A stretch of DNA of 64,000 nt from Escherichia phage phiWec181, in the sequence record LC739534.1; one strand, written 5' to 3'. Shown one piece after another: positions 1 to 9,711 of this stretch. The notes below the pieces were generated by a model. It saw only the letters and a list, made by a program, of their open reading frames with translations. It was not told the origin of the DNA and made no database searches. The position numbers and the translations under genes are program-made. Position 1 is the first letter of the stretch. Each line of letters starts with the position of its first letter.

Positions 1-1
1 A

Positions 2-844
2 CTAAGCATGACGGATTTGGCAAACGAAGCACAGGTCAAAAGTTTGGTGGTAGAATGCAACCCTGATTTCATTATTCACTTAGCGGCAGAGAGTCATGTG
101 GACAACTCTATCAAAAATCCACGAGCTTTCATCGACTCCAATATCATCGGTACATATAATTTACTGGAAGCTGCGAGACTACTCCCAAGGAATAAGCTGA
201 AGATGTTTGTACACGTCTCCACAGACGAAGTGTACGGCGATATGGCAGACTCTGGCGCTCCCTTTACCGAAGAGACAGCATATACTCCTTCAAGCCCGTA
301 CAGCGCGTCCAAGGCGGCTTCTGATCATCTTGTGAAAGCTTGGCACCGTACTTATGACTTGCCTGTAGTGATAACTAATTGCTCCAATAATTTTGGACCT
401 TACCAATACCCTGAAAAATTGATTCCAAAAGTAATCACAAGCATCTTGACGAACAAAGAAATCCCAGTGTATGGTAAAGGTGATCAGGTACGAGACTGGC
501 TTTTTGTTGAGGACCATGCACGAGCTATTCTTCAGGTAGCTTCTGGCGGCGAACCTGGACAAACTTACAACGTAGGTACACGTAATCCTAAAACCAATAT
601 GGAGATCATCTATATGATTTGTGATTACATGGATGCCGTACACCCGCAAAGTGGAACCTACCCCTCTTCAAGTTTAATAACTTTTGTTGAAGATCGTAAA
701 GGACATGACTTGCATTATGAAATCAACCCTGCTAAGATTGAATCTGAACTGGGTTGGAGTGCAAACTCCACATTTGAACAAGACCTTTACTCTACGATAG
801 AGTGGTATTTAAACAACCCTCAATGGTGGAGAGAAAAGATTTAA
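2..844 (+). CDS. rfbB: dTDP-glucose 4,6-dehydratase (RmlB/RfbB), 5'-truncated at window edge
   Basis: Translation has HLAAESHVD and [13 protein letters not shown] (YxxxK region) typical of RmlB; N-terminal Rossmann part lies upstream of window. Confidence 0.85.
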   Translation, partial: LSMTDLANEAQVKSLVVECNPDFIIHLAAESHVDNSIKNPRAFIDSNIIGTYNLLEAARLLPRNKLKMFVHVSTDEVYGDMADSGAPFTEETAYTPSSPYSASKAASDHLVKAWHRTYDLPVVITNCSNNFGPYQYPEKLIPKVITSILTNKEIPVYGKGDQVRDWLFVEDHARAILQVASGGEPGQTYNVGTRNPKTNMEIIYMICDYMDAVHPQSGTYPSSSLITFVEDRKGHDLHYEINPAKIESELGWSANSTFEQDLYSTIEWYLNNPQWWREKI

Positions 845-852
845 GGAGGGTT

Positions 853-1731
853 ATGAAAGGTATTATTTTGGCTGGAGGAAGTGGAACCCGCCTACATCCA
901 GTAACACGCAGTGTGAGCAAGCAATTGCTCCCTGTGTATGACAAACCTATGATTTATTATCCTTTATCAGTCTTGATGTTGGCAGATATTAAGGATATCT
1001 TAATCATCACAACCCCAGGCGATCAGGAAGATTTTGAGTATCTTCTTGGAGATGGATCTATGTTTGGGATAAAGATCACTTACGCAATGCAGTCTGAACC
1101 ACGAGGTCTTGCAGATGCTTTCATCATTGGTAAAGATTTCATTGGGGAAGATTCTGTTGCCCTTATTTTAGGGGATAACTTGTTCTTCGGACAAAGTTTC
1201 GGAAAACTTCTTATCCAAGCCAGCGAAATGGTGGATGTTTGGGGTGGAGCTTGTATCTTCGGGTATCTGGTGAAAGATCCTGAACGATTCGGTGTTGTTG
1301 AGTTTGGAAGTAATCGCCAAGCTATCTCTATTGAAGAGAAACCGGAACATCCTAAATCAGACTATGCTGTCACGGGTTTGTATTTCTATGACAACTCTGT
1401 TGTTCAACGTGCATTGGAAGTAACCCCTTCCGAGCGTGGAGAACTGGAGATCACAGATATCAATCGCAGCTACCTCGAAGACAGGAAGTTACAAGTTGAA
1501 GTTCTTGGAAGAGGATTCACTTGGTTGGATACAGGGACACACGCCAGTCTAATGGAAGCAGGTCAATTCGTGCAGACTATTGAGAACTGCCAAGGATTGA
1601 AGATTGCGTGCCTGGAAGAGATCGCTTTCAAAAAAGGGTGGATTTCTTTAGAGACTTTGGTGTATCATGGCAACTCATTGAAGAAAACAGAGTACGGGCA
1701 ATATTTGTTAAAATTAGCGGAGGGTAAATGA
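853..1731 (+). CDS. rfbA: glucose-1-phosphate thymidylyltransferase (RmlA/RfbA)
   Basis: N-terminal [12 protein letters not shown] sugar-nucleotidyltransferase motif; SD AAGGAGG upstream of ATG 853. Confidence 0.9.
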   Translation: MKGIILAGGSGTRLHPVTRSVSKQLLPVYDKPMIYYPLSVLMLADIKDILIITTPGDQEDFEYLLGDGSMFGIKITYAMQSEPRGLADAFIIGKDFIGEDSVALILGDNLFFGQSFGKLLIQASEMVDVWGGACIFGYLVKDPERFGVVEFGSNRQAISIEEKPEHPKSDYAVTGLYFYDNSVVQRALEVTPSERGELEITDINRSYLEDRKLQVEVLGRGFTWLDTGTHASLMEAGQFVQTIENCQGLKIACLEEIAFKKGWISLETLVYHGNSLKKTEYGQYLLKLAEGK

Positions 1732-2288
1732 AAATAAAAGAATTAAGTATTCCTGGTCTGGTTGTCTTTAAACCTCAAGTTTACAAAGATGATCGTGGTT
1801 ACTTCACGGAGACGTTTAACGAGAAGATTTACGAAGAGGTTATTGGCAAACAAACGTTTGTTCAGGATAACCATTCATTCTCTACTTTAGGTGTTCTTCG
1901 CGGAATGCACTTTCAAGTAAACAATCCGCAAGGTAAGCTTGTACGTTGCACACGAGGTGAAGTTTTTGACGTGGCTGTAGATCTTCGTGAAGGTAGTCCA
2001 ACCTTCGGACAATGGGAAGGTGTGATTCTTAGTGGGCGTAACAATAAACAGTTTTGGATTCCACCTGGCTTTGCACATGGTTTTGTTGTAACCTCTTATG
2101 AAGCCAACTTTGAATACAAGTGCACCAACTACTACGATCCGGCATCTGAACGTAGTTTGTTGTGGAACGATCCTACTGTGAATATTGATTGGGGTTTTGA
2201 TATGATTTTCAATGATGAGAATTTTGTACCTATCATTTCGGAAAAGGATGCACAAGCTAAAACACTGAAGGAGCTTATGGAATCATGA
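1728..2288 (+). CDS. rfbC: dTDP-4-dehydrorhamnose 3,5-epimerase (RmlC/RfbC)
   Basis: RmlC-like cupin sequence ([22 protein letters not shown]); start overlaps rfbA stop (ATGA). Confidence 0.85.
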   Translation: MKIKELSIPGLVVFKPQVYKDDRGYFTETFNEKIYEEVIGKQTFVQDNHSFSTLGVLRGMHFQVNNPQGKLVRCTRGEVFDVAVDLREGSPTFGQWEGVILSGRNNKQFWIPPGFAHGFVVTSYEANFEYKCTNYYDPASERSLLWNDPTVNIDWGFDMIFNDENFVPIISEKDAQAKTLKELMES

Positions 2289-3127
2289 AAACATATTTAG
2301 TATTGGGTGGTAATGGTCAATTAGGTCAGGCACTGCGTAAAGTGGTGCCGGAGAATGTGACTTTGGTGTATCCAGAAAAGCGTGTAGATATCACCAGTTT
2401 CGAAGCTGTAAGAAAAGCGATCATGGACACCCCAAATATTAACGGTGTTATCAACTGTGCGGCATACACTGCGGTGGACAAAGCAGAGACAGATGTTGAT
2501 GCAGCTATGGCTGTAAATTTACACGGGGCAGCTAATATTGCTGCCTTCTGTAAGGCTTGGGATATTGACATGGTGCATATTTCTACTGACTATGTGTTCA
2601 ACAGCGATAAACCGTTGTTCCATCAGGATGAACCCAACCCTATCAATGTTTACGGGTTATCTAAAAGTTTGGGTGAAGCTGCTGTTCGTGGTATCTACCA
2701 TAAAGCTTTTATTATCCGCACGGCTTCTGTGTATAGCGAGTTTGGTAACAACTTCCTGAAGACTATGGTGTCTCGTTACAACGATGGTCAAAGAGACTTC
2801 TCGGTAGTTGCAGATCAAACATCTCGACCAACTTATGCCCCAGATTTGGCTAAGATGATTTTCCAAGTGTTGGAAACAGGATATAACACCCGTACTTTGC
2901 ATTACGCTGGGAACATCACTGTTTCGTGGCACCAGTTCGCAAAAATGATATTGACACGTATGCCTGAATCTGTTATTATACACCCGACCTCTGCTGCAAC
3001 CTATAATTCGGCAGCGATGCGACCAGCAAAGTCTATACTAATTACGTCTGGTTGGAACGAACCTTCAAGCGTCGGACAAGGTATTGAAGAATCTTTAGCA
3101 GTATTACTTAATAAGGAGAGAGCATGA
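2285..3127 (+). CDS. rfbD: dTDP-4-dehydrorhamnose reductase (RmlD/RfbD)
   Basis: N-terminal LGGNGQLGQAL dinucleotide-binding motif, RmlD-like length; ATGA overlap with rfbC. Confidence 0.8.
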   Translation: MKTYLVLGGNGQLGQALRKVVPENVTLVYPEKRVDITSFEAVRKAIMDTPNINGVINCAAYTAVDKAETDVDAAMAVNLHGAANIAAFCKAWDIDMVHISTDYVFNSDKPLFHQDEPNPINVYGLSKSLGEAAVRGIYHKAFIIRTASVYSEFGNNFLKTMVSRYNDGQRDFSVVADQTSRPTYAPDLAKMIFQVLETGYNTRTLHYAGNITVSWHQFAKMILTRMPESVIIHPTSAATYNSAAMRPAKSILITSGWNEPSSVGQGIEESLAVLLNKERA

Positions 3128-3384
3128 ATTTTGTAATTTACGGCAAACCAAATTGCCAGTTCTGTGAAATGTCCAAACAACTCTTAACTATGCGTGAAAA
3201 AGAGTTTGAATATCTGACATTAGATCAGGACTATGATTTTGAAGTGATGACTCAAGCAGTGATCGCAGCAACAGGAATTGCACCTCGCACCTTCCCGCAG
3301 ATTTTTGTGGAAGAGCTTGGAGCAGTAACCCACGTAGGCGGTTTTACCGAACTGCGTGATTTCATGGCTCAAATTGCGGAGTAA
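3124..3384 (+). CDS. glutaredoxin/thioredoxin-like protein (NrdC/NrdH-like)
   Basis: 86 aa with CQFC redox motif near N-terminus, same layout as T4 NrdC thioredoxin; ATGA overlap with rfbD. Confidence 0.65.
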   Translation: MNFVIYGKPNCQFCEMSKQLLTMREKEFEYLTLDQDYDFEVMTQAVIAATGIAPRTFPQIFVEELGAVTHVGGFTELRDFMAQIAE

Positions 3385-3389
3385 TATAA

Positions 3390-3539
3390 ATGAAAAGTAA
3401 ACAGAAACGTAAGATCTTTTCTCGTGCTTTAGCAAACGAGCTTAAGTCCAACACAAAGAAGACGAAACCGAAACGTGAGACTTCTCCTGAACATTTACTG
3501 TTTGACGAACTGGATCACGGAGTAGAGGACGACGAATAA
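3390..3539 (+). CDS. small basic protein (49 aa), hypothetical
   Basis: ORF MKSKQKRKIFSRALANELKS... not in ORF track (<60 aa); no clear SD, so low confidence. Confidence 0.3.
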   Translation: MKSKQKRKIFSRALANELKSNTKKTKPKRETSPEHLLFDELDHGVEDDE

Positions 3540-3547
3540 AGGAAAAC

Positions 3548-4051
3548 ATGGCTAAAAAAGTAGTAGATGAGTTTGACATGTTGGCTGTTGATGAAGGACT
3601 GAAGCTGACTGTTTACCCAGACACCTTGGGATATTGGACAGTCGGCATTGGACACCTCTTAACTAAAAAGAAAGATAAGGCGGAAGCTATTCGTATTCTG
3701 GATGCTCTTGTTGGTCGCAAGACTAACGGAGTTATCACAGAGAAAGAAGCCCGTGCTATCTTTGCTGACGATGTTGAAAAGGCGAAAAAACAGATTAAAA
3801 ACAGTTCCATTCTTGCCCCAATTTATGATAAGGTGAGTGAAACCCGTAAACTGGCAATCATCAATATGGTGTTCCAGTTGGGGTTAACAGGAACGGAAGG
3901 CTTTAAAAATAGCTTGACTTTAATCAGTAATTCGTACTATACTCAAGCTGGTAAAAACATGAGAGCCAGTAAATGGTACTCTCAAACGCCAAACCGTGCA
4001 GAACGAGTAATCAAGGTTCTAACATCTGGGACTCTTGATTCTTACAACTAA
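3548..4051 (+). CDS. e: T4-type lysozyme (endolysin, GH24 muramidase)
   Basis: MLAVDEGLKLTVYPDTLGYWTVGIGHLLTK...ITEKEA...INMVFQLG...SKWYSQTPNRAERVI aligns along whole length with T4 lysozyme. Confidence 0.9.
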   Translation: MAKKVVDEFDMLAVDEGLKLTVYPDTLGYWTVGIGHLLTKKKDKAEAIRILDALVGRKTNGVITEKEARAIFADDVEKAKKQIKNSSILAPIYDKVSETRKLAIINMVFQLGLTGTEGFKNSLTLISNSYYTQAGKNMRASKWYSQTPNRAERVIKVLTSGTLDSYN

Positions 4052-4088
4052 CAAAGGGGCGCAAGCCCCTTCTATAAGGAGTGCTACT

Positions 4089-4844
4089 ATGGGAAAAACA
4101 GCTACCGCTAAATCACCGCGCCAGAAGTTAGCTTCTAATGCGAAAGTAGAAAGTCGTTATGCTGCAAAAGCAGTTGGAAATGATGACTATCGTTTAGATG
4201 GGTTTTCACCAGAAGGAGATCAGCAGCAAATCGTTCAAAGTATGATCTGGAATGATCTTACAGTCGTAAATGCTCCAGCAGGGACAGGCAAGACTTCCGT
4301 GACTTTATGGAAAGCTTTGCAGATGCTTCGAGCAGGAGATTTCCGTAAGCTTCTTTTTATTAAAAACCCGACTGAAGTTGGTGATGATCAGATTGGTTTC
4401 CTTTCAGGAGATAAAACTGATAAACTGGCGGCGCACTACGAATCAACCAAACGAATCTTCCAGCAGTTTATGACTGCAAACAAATTAGAGAATGATATTG
4501 GTTCCGGTAAGATTGAACTTAATATCCCGAACTACCTACTGGGTGCTACCCTGGACAACACTATTGTGATCATTGATGAAGCACAGCTTATGTCTCCAGA
4601 AACATTAAAACTTCTGGTAGAGCGTGCAGGGATCAACACTCATGTTGTTGTTCTTGGAGATGTTCGTCAAACCTACGCTATCAAGAAGCGTGCAAACGGT
4701 TTGAAAGATCTTCTTGACAAAGTTGCCCCTGAAGGTGAAGATGGTGTTCGTGTCCCTCTGGTAGACTTTATCGGTTATGTGCAGTTAACCACAGATGACA
4801 ACAAACGATCTCGTTTGTCTAAGTTCATCACGGAAATTTATTAA
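4089..4844 (+). CDS. phoH: PhoH-like ATPase
   Basis: Walker A NAPAGTGKT and Walker B-like VIIDEAQ; SD AAGGAG upstream of ATG 4089. Confidence 0.8.
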   Translation: MGKTATAKSPRQKLASNAKVESRYAAKAVGNDDYRLDGFSPEGDQQQIVQSMIWNDLTVVNAPAGTGKTSVTLWKALQMLRAGDFRKLLFIKNPTEVGDDQIGFLSGDKTDKLAAHYESTKRIFQQFMTANKLENDIGSGKIELNIPNYLLGATLDNTIVIIDEAQLMSPETLKLLVERAGINTHVVVLGDVRQTYAIKKRANGLKDLLDKVAPEGEDGVRVPLVDFIGYVQLTTDDNKRSRLSKFITEIY

Positions 4845-4883
4845 TAACAAAAAAGCAAGGATGCTTTATTAAAGGGAGGGTCG

Positions 4884-5381
4884 ATGGTACAGACAATTAT
4901 AGATCGGACTGGTATTGATGAATGTTACCAAACTGGGCTTGTGAAGCCTAACGAGTTCCGACAGATTTGCGTGAATCATATTGAGAAAGAAATTGCACTA
5001 ACTTTGGAGAACCTTACTCTCCGAGACAAGCTGTCAATGTTTGTGGCTTGGTGTAAAGGTGAAGATTGGTTATTGGCCCATTTTCAAGAACTTTCTGATA
5101 GTCAAGAAGGCTTATATGAATGTATAATAGGAATAGCTGGCTCCAATCCTGAACTTCTCCATTTGGAAGAAGAAGAGGCGAAGTTATTGTTCTTAAGCAA
5201 CATGTTCAATCGTAAAGCATTGCTTGTTCGTGAGTGTAGTGATCTTTTAAATCATCCACTGGCGATCACAAACGAAATACTGGTTGACAAAGAGACATTA
5301 CGTGCGATAGACTATCTGCGCAAGTATGTCAACGGCGGGAAAGCAGTTCTTAAAACATTAACAGAGGAGGAAGCAGAATGA
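4884..5381 (+). CDS. hypothetical protein (165 aa)
   Basis: ORF with SD GGGAGGG upstream; no recognisable motif. Confidence 0.5.
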   Translation: MVQTIIDRTGIDECYQTGLVKPNEFRQICVNHIEKEIALTLENLTLRDKLSMFVAWCKGEDWLLAHFQELSDSQEGLYECIIGIAGSNPELLHLEEEEAKLLFLSNMFNRKALLVRECSDLLNHPLAITNEILVDKETLRAIDYLRKYVNGGKAVLKTLTEEEAE

Positions 5382-6067
5382 CTACAATTATCGCAACCAA
5401 AAACAAGATCCTTAGCGACGGTAAAGTAACTTTCGGTGGTCGTGTAGATTCAACCAATTTCAAGAAAGTACGTAAGATTGGGGATTATCTCGTAGGTGGC
5501 GCAGGGCGTTTGACTTCGGTATTAGCTTTCTTCCAGTGGTTCGAACAGAACCTGCAATGTGAAGCGGCGCGTGAGGCAGTGCCTGGGTTGATGATCAGTT
5601 CTAACCCTGATCGTGAAGATGAAGAGTTTATTGCTCTCGTTGTTCACCCAGACGGACGTATTTTCCTGCATGAAGGTAATGATCCTACTCGTGCATACCC
5701 AATCGACGAAGAATACTACGCAGTAGGTAGTGGTTCCGATTTCGCGCTCGCAGCACTGGACGGCGGTGCTTCTCCAGAAGCTGCTATGGAGGTTGCCAAG
5801 AAGCGTGACGCATACTCCGGTGGCGAAACCTTCGTTGAAGAATTAGATGAGATCATTGAACTGACTGACGAAGATCTCGAAAACTTCACCAAACAAGAAC
5901 TGATCAACCTGCTCAAGTTTGGTGATCCTTCTGGTGAAGAAACTCCTCGTGACGTGGCAGGTGACGAGACGGTAGAAGAAGAGGTTGCTGTAGAAAAAGA
6001 CTTGACTTCTAAACCGGAAAATATTAATCTCGTAAACGTAGCGGATTTCGACAATCCCGCTGCTTAA
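5378..6067 (+). CDS. HslV-like N-terminal-nucleophile peptidase with acidic C-terminal extension
   Basis: Starts MTTII (Thr after Met), KVRKI and AVGSGSDFALAAL resemble HslV MTTIV/KVRRL/AIGSGG; ~50 extra acidic residues at C-terminus. Confidence 0.6.
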   Translation: MTTIIATKNKILSDGKVTFGGRVDSTNFKKVRKIGDYLVGGAGRLTSVLAFFQWFEQNLQCEAAREAVPGLMISSNPDREDEEFIALVVHPDGRIFLHEGNDPTRAYPIDEEYYAVGSGSDFALAALDGGASPEAAMEVAKKRDAYSGGETFVEELDEIIELTDEDLENFTKQELINLLKFGDPSGEETPRDVAGDETVEEEVAVEKDLTSKPENINLVNVADFDNPAA

Positions 6068-6073
6068 TAAAAC

Positions 6074-6096
6074 TGCCCCTTCGGGGGCATTTCTTA
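6074..6096 (+). terminator. rho-independent terminator
   Basis: GCCCC-TTCG-GGGGC hairpin followed by TTTCTT directly after CDS stop. Confidence 0.6.
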
Positions 6097-6112
6097 CACA
6101 GAGGAGATTATT

Positions 6113-6550
6113 ATGTTGAACGTTCCTGTTAAATTCGTCGATAGCTGTGTTAATGCTTACCAACAAACTTGTAAACGTGCCTCAAACTGTTTGCAGTCTT
6201 TGATTCAAACGCGGTACGTGATCCAAAAGAAAAGAAAGTGGTTTGGTAAGGATTCTTATAGTGTTAATGCGTTTGGGGAGTATCAACTCCAATATGACGA
6301 TAACATGCAGCACATCTTAGAGTTTTTACTGATAAAAGATAAAATCTCCCCTGCGGATTACCAGTTACTTAAATTCTACGATCAGAGTTTGTCTATTGAG
6401 GAAGTTATTGAAGATATCCTTTCTCGTAAGACAGATAAGAACACTATTGGTATTACAAACTTAGAGATGCAATTGCTTAATGAGATCTTTTTGTTTGTGG
6501 AAGATGAGTCTGTAACTAAGGAGGAGCTTTTAAATGGCTTTAAGCTATGA
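6113..6550 (+). CDS. hypothetical protein (145 aa)
   Basis: ORF with SD GAGGAG upstream. Confidence 0.5.
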   Translation: MLNVPVKFVDSCVNAYQQTCKRASNCLQSLIQTRYVIQKKRKWFGKDSYSVNAFGEYQLQYDDNMQHILEFLLIKDKISPADYQLLKFYDQSLSIEEVIEDILSRKTDKNTIGITNLEMQLLNEIFLFVEDESVTKEELLNGFKL

Positions 6551-7043
6551 TCGTCCAGAGTCCGATTACTATCCGACTCCGCAAAAAGCGATTAACTCGT
6601 TATTTAGCATTATTGATTTTAAAAATTTGAAAGAGGAAGGATTTACATTTGCAGAACCGTGTAAAGGACAAGCAGCGGCTATTTACCGTCACTTCCCTGA
6701 AGGTTCTCAGTATTGTGAGCTTGAAGAAGGTAAAGATTATTTTAGTCACGTATGGGAAAATCGTCCCGACATTATAATCACTAACCCCCCGTTCAAGCTG
6801 GCATTAGAGTTCTTGGAAAAGAGCTTGAAAGAAGCAGACGTATCAGTCTACCTGCTTCGCTTGGGATTCCTTGAGTCAAAGAAACGTCGAGCGTTTCATC
6901 AAGAAAACCCACCTACGAATTTGATTGTACTCTCCGAACGTCCTTCGTTCGTAGCGGGTGGAACAGATAAGACAGCGTATGCTTGGTACGTATACGATCC
7001 AAAACAAATTTTGGGTCTAACTCAACCATTTTATTTCGTTTAA
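6534..7043 (+). CDS. putative DNA N6-adenine methyltransferase (small, NPPF motif)
   Basis: IITNPPF (motif IV (D/N)PP(F/Y)) preceded by FAEPCKG AdoMet-binding-like motif and DYYPTP. Confidence 0.5.
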   Translation: MALSYDRPESDYYPTPQKAINSLFSIIDFKNLKEEGFTFAEPCKGQAAAIYRHFPEGSQYCELEEGKDYFSHVWENRPDIIITNPPFKLALEFLEKSLKEADVSVYLLRLGFLESKKRRAFHQENPPTNLIVLSERPSFVAGGTDKTAYAWYVYDPKQILGLTQPFYFV

Positions 7044-7053
7044 GGAGCACACT

Positions 7054-7290
7054 ATGGCTAAATTTATTATGACCGTTTCTATTGATTTTGATGATGAGGA
7101 CGGAGGCATTAACTTAGGTATTGCTCAGAACCTGGAAGGGGATTTGAACCCGACAGAAGCAGCTATGGCGGTATTCTTTAAAGATGCCATAACAGCCACA
7201 GCAACGCATTCTGCAAATCAAACTGTAGATTACGGTAGCATGGTTCAAGCCTTGGTTGATGCTCAAAACGGTGAAGATTGGGATGATTAA
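7054..7290 (+). CDS. hypothetical protein (78 aa)
   Basis: ORF with SD AAGGAG upstream. Confidence 0.45.
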   Translation: MAKFIMTVSIDFDDEDGGINLGIAQNLEGDLNPTEAAMAVFFKDAITATATHSANQTVDYGSMVQALVDAQNGEDWDD

Positions 7291-7493
7291 TGGCTTACAA
7301 TTATTATTGCGTTTACGCAAATGAAGCAAAGAAAGGCGACACTGGCACTAATGTCTATGCAGAATCAGAAATACATGCAAAAGAAATTGGTGCGATCCTT
7401 CTGTCACGTTGGACAGGTGGTAACTATTCTGCTGCGGATTTGTTCGCAGAAATGGATGACACCATCCAAGAAGATACCATCACCACAACCTGA
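7290..7493 (+). CDS. hypothetical protein (67 aa)
   Basis: ORF start overlaps previous stop (TAATG). Confidence 0.4.
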   Translation: MAYNYYCVYANEAKKGDTGTNVYAESEIHAKEIGAILLSRWTGGNYSAADLFAEMDDTIQEDTITTT

Positions 7494-7515
7494 TATTGCT
7501 TGAAGTAGTTGGTAC

Positions 7516-7545
7516 TCTCCTTGTTTCGGCAAGGAGGGTATTTTT
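7516..7545 (+). terminator. rho-independent terminator
   Basis: CTCCTTG-TTTCGG-CAAGGAG hairpin followed by GGTATTTTT. Confidence 0.5.
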
Positions 7546-7557
7546 AAGGAGGAAATT

Positions 7558-7749
7558 ATGCAGGAGAATGAAGAGATAGTTGTTAAAAAGTTCCCGACAC
7601 GTACACAGGCAGTCAACTTTGCCTCTGATTTGCTTTTGGATGTGGAAGGAGTTCTCATTAGACATGAAGGGGATTCCTGGAATGTCTCTTATAATGTAAA
7701 CAGATCAATTATATATTTAGGAGAAGAGAACTTCTCTCGTATAGAGTGA
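7558..7749 (+). CDS. hypothetical protein (63 aa)
   Basis: SD AAGGAGG 5 nt upstream of ATG. Confidence 0.45.
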   Translation: MQENEEIVVKKFPTRTQAVNFASDLLLDVEGVLIRHEGDSWNVSYNVNRSIIYLGEENFSRIE

Positions 7750-7763
7750 TCGAAGGAGCAATT

Positions 7764-8336
7764 ATGCGTTCTACTTACACAGGTAAGATTAATTCTGGTA
7801 TCATTTTAGCAGCAGCAGGAATCATCAGCAAAACTTTCAAAGTGGCAAACCTACCAGAGTGTGTAGATTTTGACCACGTATTCAATCCATTAAATCCTTC
7901 TCGTTGTGTTGTTCGTAGCAACGTTGAGAATCCAAATGAGAACTTGTTTTATGTAACATCACCTTCACAAAGTATTCTAAACCAAGTGGAGGCTAAAATT
8001 ATTACCGAAGGTAGTTATTTCTCATTGCTACCTTGTAAATCGGTGGAGATTGAAGATAGTATCACCTTCGCAAATAACTTGGTCTTGACCATGTTCATGG
8101 TTTCTGATAAAGACTGTGGAGACGATATGGTTTTAGCTGTAAGGAATGTTTATGACACATTGGGTATTGCTTATAGCTGTAAGTTGTGCGATGATTATAA
8201 ATCTTGTTCAGACTTTTACATAAATGGTGTTCGGGTATGCCGTGTTGAATCCTACTGGGTGCAAGACACATACATAACAGTAGCGAACGTGATCAATGAA
8301 CCTATGTTCAGCCACGCTTTAGCGTTAATCATTTGA
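7764..8336 (+). CDS. hypothetical protein (190 aa), Cys-rich C-terminal half
   Basis: SD GAAGGAG upstream of ATG 7764; ORF-track start 7746 lacks SD. Confidence 0.5.
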   Translation: MRSTYTGKINSGIILAAAGIISKTFKVANLPECVDFDHVFNPLNPSRCVVRSNVENPNENLFYVTSPSQSILNQVEAKIITEGSYFSLLPCKSVEIEDSITFANNLVLTMFMVSDKDCGDDMVLAVRNVYDTLGIAYSCKLCDDYKSCSDFYINGVRVCRVESYWVQDTYITVANVINEPMFSHALALII

Positions 8337-8346
8337 GGAGGAAGGA

Positions 8347-8676
8347 ATGGAAATTACTACAGAACAGGCTCTTATCGACGAAGGGCGTAAAATCTTAGAG
8401 AAGCATTTGGGAGATATACATCAAACCCCTGGCTACTTAGGGTGGCGCATGGTTGAAGCTGTAGATTTCCTTCCTCGTACAAAACAAGACGTTGAAATGC
8501 GTTCTCTGTTCTTGCTTGTCAAAGTAGACGGGGATACGCCTTTCAAACTCGCAGCTTCACACATTGAGAAGGTGGAGGAGAAAGCTTATTCAGAGTTTGC
8601 CGAACTCGTATTACAGGAGGATCTCGAAGGGAAGGTAAACATTTTTATTTTTCTGGATTTTGAGGAGGAGATATGA
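8347..8676 (+). CDS. hypothetical protein (109 aa)
   Basis: SD GGAGGAAGGA upstream. Confidence 0.5.
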   Translation: MEITTEQALIDEGRKILEKHLGDIHQTPGYLGWRMVEAVDFLPRTKQDVEMRSLFLLVKVDGDTPFKLAASHIEKVEEKAYSEFAELVLQEDLEGKVNIFIFLDFEEEI

Positions 8677-9410
8677 TTTTATATAAAGAGATTACCGTGG
8701 AGCAGGATCAAGACCTCTTCATCATCGGGGACTTACATGGTTGCTACGATCTTTACTTGAAAGGTAAGAATTATCTTGGTATCCGAGATACAGATGTGGT
8801 TGTGTCTCTCGGAGATTTGACAGATCGCGGTAAACAAAACTTCAAATGTGTTGTGGAATTTACACGCAAAGAGAATCGTTATGCGCTTTGTGGTAATCAC
8901 GAAGATATGATGATTAAAGGCTTACTGGAAGGGGATCGTCGTTACTACGAATGTTGGTATCAGAACGGTGGTCATACAGTGTTGGCAGAATGTGATGAAG
9001 AAGGCTCTACATTACTTGCTACGATGGTCGAGGACAACCCTGTGGTTTTGGTTGTGAATTACCGAGGTATGAAGTTAGGGTTTATTCATGGCGGATATCC
9101 TTCCTCTTTTGAATATATTCCGCTGACAGACATACCGCACCTACGTATGAACAAAGCAAGAGAGGCTACTTTTGCTGAAGCTTTGATGTGGGATCGTGAC
9201 ATGGTGGAGTGTGCTAAAGAAGGTATGAAACTTCCGGTTGTTATGGGTGTTGATTATGTGTTTCACGGGCACTCTTATGTGAAAGAACCTTTGATCAATG
9301 CTAATCGTGTTTATATGGACACTGGGTCTGTTTTCAATAACAACTTAACGTTTGCCTATTTTGATGCAGACGGTGGACTTCAGTTTTATTCAACTTTACA
9401 GGAGGATTAA
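8673..9410 (+). CDS. Ser/Thr protein phosphatase (calcineurin-like metallophosphoesterase)
   Basis: Ordered GDLHGC, GDLTDRG and GNHE metallophosphatase motifs. Confidence 0.75.
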   Translation: MILYKEITVEQDQDLFIIGDLHGCYDLYLKGKNYLGIRDTDVVVSLGDLTDRGKQNFKCVVEFTRKENRYALCGNHEDMMIKGLLEGDRRYYECWYQNGGHTVLAECDEEGSTLLATMVEDNPVVLVVNYRGMKLGFIHGGYPSSFEYIPLTDIPHLRMNKAREATFAEALMWDRDMVECAKEGMKLPVVMGVDYVFHGHSYVKEPLINANRVYMDTGSVFNNNLTFAYFDADGGLQFYSTLQED

Positions 9411-9703
9411 TGTATAAAATTACAATCGTAGAATCTGTGGGTGAGATTCGTAAAGAAATTATTCTGGAGACGGAAGATCTGGAACTGGTACGTGAAATCA
9501 TAATTGGTAAGAATGTAGACAAGGTGGAGTCGGACGCACCCAACCTGATGATCGATGACCAATATGCAGAATTTCGTCGTATTTTTGAGGAAGAAAGGAA
9601 GAAGTGGGGCAAAGAACCAAACGTTTTTCGTCCTTATAATCCGTATCCTTCTGGTGATCCGTGGATCATGACTAACAGAAACCCGTTTGAAATAACCTGT
9701 TGA
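9410..9703 (+). CDS. hypothetical protein (97 aa)
   Basis: ORF overlapping previous stop (TAATG). Confidence 0.45.
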   Translation: MYKITIVESVGEIRKEIILETEDLELVREIIIGKNVDKVESDAPNLMIDDQYAEFRRIFEEERKKWGKEPNVFRPYNPYPSGDPWIMTNRNPFEITC

Positions 9704-9711
9704 GGTGGCCT

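Noticed and set aside
3390-3539. Possible leader peptide or attenuator between glutaredoxin and lysozyme genes
   Set aside because: No terminator/antiterminator hairpin pair found; kept as a low-confidence small ORF.
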